Source: an uncultured Chloroflexia bacterium (lineage in GTDB: Bacteria; Chloroflexota; Limnocylindria; Limnocylindrales; CSP1-4). Taken from it: DNA of 64,000 nt. The position numbers and the translations under genes are program-made. The notes under the pieces are model-generated. The model was not told the DNA's origin, searched no databases, and saw only the letters and a list, made by a program, of their open reading frames with translations. This document shows positions 57,058 to 64,000 of the stretch, piece after piece; position 1 is the first letter of the stretch; every line of letters begins with the position of its first letter. The stretch lies in assembly GCA_963720755.1 (NCBI GenBank), contig CAVRGP010000015.1, forward strand, positions 256,001-320,000, in the 5' to 3' direction.

Positions 57058-58061
57058 GCGGGCGCTGCGATCTCGTCGTCGGTGACCTCCCGAACGACGT
57101 ACGTCGGTCGATCCATCGATCTGAAGTGCATCCTGGCGAGGTATTCGCCGATGATCCCGAGGGCGAACAGTTGTGCGCCACTGAAGATCGAGATGATCGA
57201 CGCGAGGAAGGCGAAACCCGGGACGCTGCTGCCGCCATTGAGGACATAGGTGGCGAGCACGAGAACGAGGACTCCGAACCCGAACAGGGTGAAGAGGAAC
57301 CCGATCAGGCTCGCGATCTGGAGGGGTAGCGTGCTGAAGCCGGTCATCATGTTCAGCGCATGGGTGACGAGCATTCGTATCGAGTAGTTGGACGCCCCGC
57401 TTTGCCGCGGCTGATGCTCGACGGCGACGTGGTCGAACCGGGTCGACCCCCATGTCAGGAGCACGTCGATCGACACGAACGGTCCCTGAAACCGCGCGAA
57501 CGCATCGCGGATCTGCGTCTTGAAGGCCCTGAACGAGCTCACGTGCCGTGCTGTGTCCGCACTCATGGCGCTTTGGAGAGCCAGCTTCGTGATCCTCGAT
57601 GCCTGGTCGCGCAGAAGACCGTGCTGCTCGACCTCCGGAGCCCCGTACACCACATCGACGTCGTCGGTCAGCCGCGCCAGCAGCTTGGGGATCTCCTCCG
57701 GTGGGTTCTGGAGGTCGTCATCCAGCGTGACGATGACTCCGTATCGGGCGGCCCGGATGCCACACAGCAGCGCGTTGTGTTGGCCGTAGTTGCGGTTCAT
57801 CCGGATGCCGCGCACCCGATCGTCACGACGCGCCAGGTCCTGGATCACGCCCCATGAGCCGTCACCCCCGCCGTCGTCGACCATGATAATCTCGCCGCGC
57901 TCGGCGAGATTCGGCAGGATGGCAGCGAGCCGTCCATGGAGTTCCGGAAGGATCGCAGCGGATCGGAACACCGGGACCACGATCGACAGTGACGGCACTT
58001 TGCGCGGGGACCATTCGGCCTGGCGCGTCGCCTCCGGGAGGGTCACCATAGGTTCTGTCAC
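57054..58061 (-). CDS. GT2 polyprenyl-phosphate glycosyltransferase (GtrB/ArnC-like)
   Basis: SIVVPVF, VDDG, RNYGQHNA, DDDLQNPPE, two C-terminal TM segments, GIIGEYLAR. Confidence 0.92.
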   Translation of the reverse strand: MTEPMVTLPEATRQAEWSPRKVPSLSIVVPVFRSAAILPELHGRLAAILPNLAERGEIIMVDDGGGDGSWGVIQDLARRDDRVRGIRMNRNYGQHNALLCGIRAARYGVIVTLDDDLQNPPEEIPKLLARLTDDVDVVYGAPEVEQHGLLRDQASRITKLALQSAMSADTARHVSSFRAFKTQIRDAFARFQGPFVSIDVLLTWGSTRFDHVAVEHQPRQSGASNYSIRMLVTHALNMMTGFSTLPLQIASLIGFLFTLFGFGVLVLVLATYVLNGGSSVPGFAFLASIISIFSGAQLFALGIIGEYLARMHFRSMDRPTYVVREVTDDEIAAPA

Positions 58062-58171
58062 GCTCCTCCAGCCGCCAACGTTCCGTCACACTTCGGACCC
58101 GACTGTACACCGCTCCCACAGGCCCGGTAGAAGGCGGGATCTCGGTCGGGACGCGCCGATCACCTGGCCGA

Positions 58172-59794
58172 TTGTCTGAGATCAGCGCGGCGCCGCGGGG
58201 ACGGGCCGTCGACGCAGATGCCGTTCCTTGGGTCCCCGTCTGGCGCGATCGGGTCGCGATCGCGCTCGTCTACGCCCTCGCCTGGGGGATCCTCAACGTC
58301 AATCGCGGCTTCTATTGGGACGACTGGACTCTGGTCGGCGTTGCACCATCGGACCTGATCCACACATTCACTGAACTCGGGATGCCATGGATCGGCTACT
58401 TCTACGCGGCACTTCTGGCGCTACCGCTGCCTGCGCTCGTCGGCCATGTCGTCGTCTTCTGGACCTACCTGTTGGCCGCGATGATGTTCCACGCGGTGCT
58501 CTGCCGGATCCCCGGACTCAGCCGGCTCGACGCCCTCGTTGCGGCGCTCGCGTTCGCGGTGCTGCCGGTCAACTACGCGCGAGTCGCCATGATCGACCTC
58601 ACCTACGGCCTGTGTCTCGCGGCGTTCCTCACCGCGACGTGGATGTTGGTCCGCTACGTCGCGGTTGGCGGGATAGGCCTTCGACTCGCCGCGCTCGGGC
58701 TGTTCATCATCTCGTTCTCGACCGCATCGATGCTGGTCATGTTCGTGGTGCCCCTGGCACTGGCGGGCGGCTTGGTCTGGCATGCCGGCAAGGTGCCGGT
58801 CCGGTCGTTTGCGATCCGGCACCTCGACTTCGTGCTCTTGCCGGTCGTGTATTGGGTCGTCAAGTCGACATTCTTCAGCCCTTCTGGGGTCTACTCCGGG
58901 TACAACGCCCTGACTGTCCCGGGGCTACTCGCGGTTCCATCCGCGTTGCTCGCGACCCCGGACCAGGTTCTCGTCGAGCCCATCTACCGGGCGGTCTCGG
59001 TCGCCGGCATACCGGGCCTCGTCGCCGGCGGCGCGTTGGCAGGGTGGCTGCTGTGGCGCAGTCGGGCGCCCGAGGGTGGAGAGCGGATCAGTGCGCTGGT
59101 GCTCGCGGCAGCGGGTGTCGCCCTCGTCGGCCTCGGGGTGTCGGCCTACCTCGCCGTCGGGCGCGTCCCGACCATTTGGGACTGGTCGAGCCGACACCAG
59201 CTGCTGGTGCCCCTCGGCGCGGCCCTGTTGGCGGCGGCCGTCATGCGCGGCGTCCACTGGGCAGGACGAGCTGGACCGGTCTTCGGTGTGGTGGTCGGGA
59301 TGGTCCTCGGGATCGCCATCGTCGCGGACGCACGGACCCTGGTCGCTTACCAGATCGATTGGTACAAGCAAGTGGCGTTCATGGATACAGTGCGTGACCT
59401 TCCCGACGTGCGCGCCGCTCACCACATCCGGATCGTCGACCAGACAAGGGGCCTCGATGCATTGCGGCGGCGCATCCGCTTCTACGAATACAACGCCCTT
59501 CTGAGCCAGGCGTTCGGGGACACCAGTCGTCTCGCCTCCGAGGGTTCCGATGAACCCGCCCCAGATGAGCTGGCCGGATACATCGCACGGCCGGCATACC
59601 ACATGGACCGGTACATCCCCTCGAGCATCGATCTCGAGCTTCTCATCGGCCACGACGGCCAGCCACCGGACGTCCTTGAGGTCGCCAGGCTTGTGGTCGC
59701 AGAGGCACTCGGTTGGCCGTCGTTCGAGCACGATGTCTCGCGAATGGTCGATCTCACGCCAGTCCAACTGCCCGGATCGGTCGTCTCGCCGTGA
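58172..59794 (+). CDS. Multi-TM GT-C-like glycosyltransferase (GtrC/GtrII-like)
   Basis: YWDDW acidic motif after TM1, about 10-12 TM segments, soluble C-terminal domain; divergent from the GT2 gene. Confidence 0.6.
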   Translation: MSEISAAPRGRAVDADAVPWVPVWRDRVAIALVYALAWGILNVNRGFYWDDWTLVGVAPSDLIHTFTELGMPWIGYFYAALLALPLPALVGHVVVFWTYLLAAMMFHAVLCRIPGLSRLDALVAALAFAVLPVNYARVAMIDLTYGLCLAAFLTATWMLVRYVAVGGIGLRLAALGLFIISFSTASMLVMFVVPLALAGGLVWHAGKVPVRSFAIRHLDFVLLPVVYWVVKSTFFSPSGVYSGYNALTVPGLLAVPSALLATPDQVLVEPIYRAVSVAGIPGLVAGGALAGWLLWRSRAPEGGERISALVLAAAGVALVGLGVSAYLAVGRVPTIWDWSSRHQLLVPLGAALLAAAVMRGVHWAGRAGPVFGVVVGMVLGIAIVADARTLVAYQIDWYKQVAFMDTVRDLPDVRAAHHIRIVDQTRGLDALRRRIRFYEYNALLSQAFGDTSRLASEGSDEPAPDELAGYIARPAYHMDRYIPSSIDLELLIGHDGQPPDVLEVARLVVAEALGWPSFEHDVSRMVDLTPVQLPGSVVSP

Positions 59795-59835
59795 CCCGTT
59801 CCACGCTGATCCCCGTGATAGACTCCGGCCCTCAC

Positions 59836-60067
59836 GGCATCGACCGGGAAGAGTAGCGACGGGATGGCCGAAAGCGAGCGCGGAGACGGTGTGAGCCGCG
59901 CGGGTCCAACGTCGCGAAGGTCGCTCGCGAGCTGTGCGGGAGACGCCCGTTAGCGCGCCATGAGGGCTCCGGGTCGGCCGGCCGCGATGAGCGGATCGGC
60001 CCCGGTCGGCCGAACCAGCAGGTGGTACCACGACCCGTTCGTCCGCTGGACGAGCGGGCATTTTCTT
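59836..60067 (+). ncRNA. Val T-box riboswitch
   Basis: Stem I with GAAGAGTAG and GGTGTGAG, specifier GTC (59920-59922), T-box AGGTGGTACCACG (60020-60032), terminator CCCGTTCGTCC-GCT-GGACGAGCGGG-CATTTTCTT; TAGACT -10 at 59819. Confidence 0.92.
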
Positions 60068-60078
60068 GTCGAGGGGCG

Positions 60079-62802
60079 ATGATGTCGGACCTGCCGAAGA
60101 CCTATACGCCGAGCGACGTCGAAGGCGCGATCTACGAGCGCTGGCTGGCGGCCGACGTCTTCGCGCCGGACGGAGCTGGCTCGACCGCCGATCCGGATCT
60201 TCCGACGTTCACGATCATCCAGCCACCACCCAATATCACCGGGTCGCTCCATCTCGGACATGCGCAGCGGACCGCGGTCGAGGACCTGATGATCCGGCAC
60301 GCCCGGATGCGCGGCCATCGTGCGCTTTTCCTGCCGGGGCTCGATCACGCCTCGATCGCGGCCCAGTTCGTGCTCGACGGGATCCTTGCCGCCGAGGGGG
60401 AGAGCCGTCAGACCCTCGGTCGTGAGCGCTACCTCGAGCGGATGCAGGCATTCGTGTCGACGACCCGCGAACTCATGCTCGGGCAGCAGCGGCGCGTCGG
60501 CGCTTCGGCGGACTGGGGACGGCTTCGGTTCACGATGGACGACCGATCGGCCACGGCCGTGCGGACCGCCTTCGCCCGCCTCTACGAAGCCGGCCTCGCC
60601 TACCGATCCGAGGCGCTGGTCAACTGGTGCCCGGGCTGCCGCACGAGCGTCAGCGACCTCGAGGTCATCTCGACCCCGGAGTCCGGCACGCTCTGGTCGG
60701 TCCGCTATCACCTCATCGACCCCGCGACCGGAGAGCCCGACGGCGCGGCGAGTATCACCGTTGCGACGACCCGACCGGAGACGATCCTGGGCGATACGGC
60801 CGTCGCGGTCCACCCGGACGATCCTCGCTACGCCGCCCTGGTCGGACGGTCGGTCCGGATCCCGTTCGTCGACCGTGACGTCCCGATCATCGCCGACGAG
60901 GTCGTCGACCGTGCGTTCGGCACCGGGGCTGTCAAGATCACACCGGCCCACGACCATGACGACCACGAAACGGGTCTCCGTCATGGGCTCGCCGCGCCCT
61001 CCATCCTCGCCGATGACGGCTCGATCGAAGGGACGGGGACACCGTACGACGGGCTCGACCGGTTCGAGGCGCGGAAAGCCATCGTCTCCGACCTCGAGAC
61101 GGCTGGCGACCTGGTCGGGACCACGCCACACGAGCTCGTCCTCGGCCGCTGCCAGCGCAGCAACGATGTGGTCGAACCGCGGCTGAAGACGCAGTGGTTC
61201 ATCCGGACCGGCCCTCTGGCCGAGCGAGCGCTCGAGGCGACCCGGTCCGGCCGGACCCGGATCCTGCCCGATCGGTTCGAAAAGACCTGGGAGCACTGGC
61301 TGACCGGCATCCGCGACTGGAACGTATCGCGCCAGCTGTGGTGGGGTCACCGCATCCCGGCCTGGTACTGCCCGGATGGCCACGTCACGGTCTCATCCGT
61401 GGCGAGCGGTCCCGACGCGTGCGCCGTCTGCGGCCGGCCAGCCGACGTGCTGCAGCAGGATCCGGACATCTTCGACACCTGGTTCAGCTCCGGACTGTGG
61501 CCATTCTCGACGCTGGGTTGGCCGGAGGACACTGCCGACCTCGCGATGTACTACCCGACGTCGGTCATGGAGACCGGCTACGACATCATCTTCTTCTGGG
61601 TCGCCCGGATGATGATGCTCGGACTGGCCCTGACCGATCAGGAACCGTTCCACACCGTCTACCTGTCCGGACTGATCCGCGACCCGCTGGGTCAGAAGAT
61701 GTCCAAGACGAAGGGCAATGTCGTCGATCCTCTCGGCGTCATCGACGAAGCTGGCGCCGACGCGCTCCGGTTCGCGGTCATCCACGGTGCGACCCCGGGC
61801 AACGACCAGCGGTTCGGTCCGGCCAAGCTGGCCCACGCGCGCAACTTCGCGAACAAGCTCTGGAATGCCTCCAGGTACGTTCTGGGCGCCCGTCCCGTCA
61901 CGGTCCCGCCCGATGCGGTGCGCCGCGATCCCGGGGCCGAGCACCTCGGTCCGGCTGAGAGATGGCTCCTGTCCCGTGCCGCCGCCACGACTGCGGCCGT
62001 CGATGATGCGATGCGCGGGTACGCCTTCGGCGAGGTCACGCGGCTCATGTACGAGGCGATCTGGAGCGAGTACTGCGACTGGGGCCTTGAGCTGGCGAAG
62101 GTCCGACTCGGTGATGAGCGCCTGGATCCGGCGGCGCGCGAGGCCACCTGGTGGACGCTGGTTTCCGTCCTCGACACGTACCTCAGACTTCTGCACCCGG
62201 TCATGCCGTTCGTGACCGAGGCGATCTGGGCCGCGTTGCCACACCGGGTCACGGACCCGGACCTGCTCATCGTCGCCCGCTGGCCCGGAGTGGGGGAGCG
62301 CGATCTCGAGGCCGAAGCTTCGGTCGGCGCAGTGATCGACCTCGTGTCCGAGATCCGCAATGCGCGGTCCACCGCCAAGCTTCCGGCAGCCGACTGGCTC
62401 CTGACGCTTGTCGTCGTCCCGATCGACCTCGGACCGACCTTCGAGATGCTGCGTCCCGCCGTCGAGCGCCTGGCCCGGGCGCGACCGCTGCTCCGTGAGC
62501 TCACCCCTGAGTCGCTTGCCGGGGTCACGATGCCTGGCGACCTGGTCGTCCTTGTCCGTGGCGGCCAGCTCGAGGCGGCCGTTCGCCCGGGCACGCTCGA
62601 TGCGGGCGCCGATACGCTCGAGCGCGATCGACTGCGACGCGAGCTCGAGGAAGCCGAGGGCTGGCTGGCCGCGGCGCGTGCCCGACTCGCCGATGAGGCC
62701 TTCGTGACCCGCGCCCCCGCGTCCGTCGTCGAGGGCGCCCGCGCCCGTGAGGCGGAGCTGGCCGAACAGGTCGAACGGCTGCGCCAGCGCACGGAGGGCT
62801 GA
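60079..62802 (+). CDS. valS: Valine--tRNA ligase
   Basis: PPPNITGSLHLGH, ATTRPET, DWNVSRQLWWGH, KMSKT, coiled-coil tail. Confidence 0.97.
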   Translation: MMSDLPKTYTPSDVEGAIYERWLAADVFAPDGAGSTADPDLPTFTIIQPPPNITGSLHLGHAQRTAVEDLMIRHARMRGHRALFLPGLDHASIAAQFVLDGILAAEGESRQTLGRERYLERMQAFVSTTRELMLGQQRRVGASADWGRLRFTMDDRSATAVRTAFARLYEAGLAYRSEALVNWCPGCRTSVSDLEVISTPESGTLWSVRYHLIDPATGEPDGAASITVATTRPETILGDTAVAVHPDDPRYAALVGRSVRIPFVDRDVPIIADEVVDRAFGTGAVKITPAHDHDDHETGLRHGLAAPSILADDGSIEGTGTPYDGLDRFEARKAIVSDLETAGDLVGTTPHELVLGRCQRSNDVVEPRLKTQWFIRTGPLAERALEATRSGRTRILPDRFEKTWEHWLTGIRDWNVSRQLWWGHRIPAWYCPDGHVTVSSVASGPDACAVCGRPADVLQQDPDIFDTWFSSGLWPFSTLGWPEDTADLAMYYPTSVMETGYDIIFFWVARMMMLGLALTDQEPFHTVYLSGLIRDPLGQKMSKTKGNVVDPLGVIDEAGADALRFAVIHGATPGNDQRFGPAKLAHARNFANKLWNASRYVLGARPVTVPPDAVRRDPGAEHLGPAERWLLSRAAATTAAVDDAMRGYAFGEVTRLMYEAIWSEYCDWGLELAKVRLGDERLDPAAREATWWTLVSVLDTYLRLLHPVMPFVTEAIWAALPHRVTDPDLLIVARWPGVGERDLEAEASVGAVIDLVSEIRNARSTAKLPAADWLLTLVVVPIDLGPTFEMLRPAVERLARARPLLRELTPESLAGVTMPGDLVVLVRGGQLEAAVRPGTLDAGADTLERDRLRRELEEAEGWLAAARARLADEAFVTRAPASVVEGARAREAELAEQVERLRQRTEG

Positions 62803-62812
62803 CCGGGCCGGA

Positions 62813-62885
62813 TTGCTTTGTCAACCGACTTGACAAAGCAATACCTCGAACGCAACATGGGACTTTGTCCAGTCCCTTGCCAAAG
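62813..62885 (+). promoter_or_regulatory. Two palindromic ROK-type operators overlapping a promoter
   Basis: TTGCTTTGTCAA-N5-TTGACAAAGCAA (62813-62841, perfect) and CTTTGTCCA-N5-TTGCCAAAG (62863-62885); TTGACA-17-CAACAT promoter. Confidence 0.75.
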
Positions 62886-62929
62886 CCGCCTGCGGCAAGG
62901 TGACATCGGCTGGAGGAGGACCCGCCCGG

Positions 62930-64000
62930 ATGAGCACCAGCGCGATGGTCCTGCCGGAGAAGGCAACGCACCAGCGGACGCGGACGTTCAACCAGCAGTT
63001 GGTCTTGCGCGCACTCCACGATCAAAGTCCGCTCTCGCGGGCCGACCTGGCCCGGCTCACGGGGTTGACCCGTACTTCGGTCGGCGGCCTCGTCGGCACG
63101 CTGATCGACGACGGCCTGATCGAAGTGGTCGGTCGTGGCCGGTCGACCGGAGGCAAGTCACCCATTCTGTTGCGGGTCGCTCCAGACGGCCGCCACCTGA
63201 TCGGACTCGACCTCGGGGAGGCGGAGTTCAGCGGCGCCGTGGTCAACCTCCGTGGCGAGATCCTACGCTCGATCCACTTCCCCCTGGATGGACGGGACGG
63301 CGATGCCGCCGTCGAACTCGTCTTCCGACTTGTCGATGCCCTGCGCGCCGATGACCGGCCCCGCCTCCTCGGGATCGGCGTCGGCGCGCCCGGCATCATC
63401 GACACGAATACGGGGACGGTGCGCTGGTCGGTCCTGAATTGGGCCGAGCTCCGTCTCGGGCCACAGCTCGAGGCGCACTACGGCGTGCCGGTCGTCGTCG
63501 CCAACGACAGCCACGCTGCCGCACTGGCCGAGCTGACCTTCTTTCGCCGCCCTCGGCCGAACAACCTGATCGTGATCCGGGTCGGTCGCGGCGTCGGCGC
63601 CGGGATCATCCTCAACGGCCAGCTATTCCAGGGCGATGGGTACGGCGCGGGGGAGTTGGGTCATGTATCGACGGGCCGCGGGAACGCTCCGTGCCGCTGC
63701 GGGCGGGAAGGTTGTCTCGAAACGATCACCAGCATGCGTGCGTTGGTCGACGCCGCAGGCGTCATCGAGCCATCGATCACCGACGAGACCAGCCTCGTGG
63801 CCGCGTTCCGGACCGGGATCAGTGGCATCCGGCGGATCGTCCTCGACGCTGCGCGCGACCTCGGCATCGCGATCGGCTGGCTGATCGGAGTGCTCAACGT
63901 TCGGCACGTGCTGTTGGTCGGTCCGGTCGCGGCGTTCGGCGACGACTGGCTCGACGAGGTCCGGGAGCACGCCCGTTCGGGCGTCCTCGCCCTGCTCGCT
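62930..64000 (+). CDS. ROK family (XylR/NagC-like) transcriptional repressor, 3'-truncated
   Basis: GGAGGAGG SD; LSRADLARLTGLTRTSV HTH, GLDLG, GVGAPG, NDSHAAALAE, GELGH..CRCGREGCLE. Not in the ORF track. Confidence 0.92.
   Translation, partial: MSTSAMVLPEKATHQRTRTFNQQLVLRALHDQSPLSRADLARLTGLTRTSVGGLVGTLIDDGLIEVVGRGRSTGGKSPILLRVAPDGRHLIGLDLGEAEFSGAVVNLRGEILRSIHFPLDGRDGDAAVELVFRLVDALRADDRPRLLGIGVGAPGIIDTNTGTVRWSVLNWAELRLGPQLEAHYGVPVVVANDSHAAALAELTFFRRPRPNNLIVIRVGRGVGAGIILNGQLFQGDGYGAGELGHVSTGRGNAPCRCGREGCLETITSMRALVDAAGVIEPSITDETSLVAAFRTGISGIRRIVLDAARDLGIAIGWLIGVLNVRHVLLVGPVAAFGDDWLDEVREHARSGVLALLA

Noticed and set aside
1-64000. CRISPR arrays, IS elements, rRNA, retron or DGR features
   Set aside because: No regularly spaced repeats, transposase, reverse transcriptase or rRNA-like sequence was recognised by eye.

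Overview
High-GC bacterial chromosome segment. Gene content and style suggest Chloroflexota, possibly a Limnocylindria/Ellin6529-like lineage; this is inference. In order: a form I aerobic CO dehydrogenase cluster (MocA-methyltransferase fusion, coxMSL, XdhC/CoxF-YHS, coxG, MBL hydrolase); an accessory module (8.1-14.7 kb) of three related two-Cys lipoproteins and an uncharacterised Pol-beta-fold nucleotidyltransferase, preceded by an AfsR-box-like promoter and facing an AfsR/SARP-ATPase-TPR regulator; a leader-peptide/terminator-controlled ABC exporter-rsgA-GNAT-GNAT operon; an AAA+/VWA pair; class II FBP aldolase; a cluster of two choline-kinase-like genes, two GcvT-family flavoproteins, a second nucleotidyltransferase, phosphoesterases and an APC permease; a polyamine ABC transporter with a class III aminotransferase; mrp; cinA; tRNA-Leu; tig-clpP-clpX; a surface-glycosylation cassette; T-box-valS; and a truncated ROK regulator with two palindromic operators. 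The best candidate for an undescribed system is the lipoprotein/nucleotidyltransferase operon with its SARP regulator. Next are the attenuated exporter-rsgA-GNAT operon and the kinase/GcvT/NTase cluster. No CRISPR array, IS element or prophage was seen. All calls come from reading motifs by eye; no database search was run.
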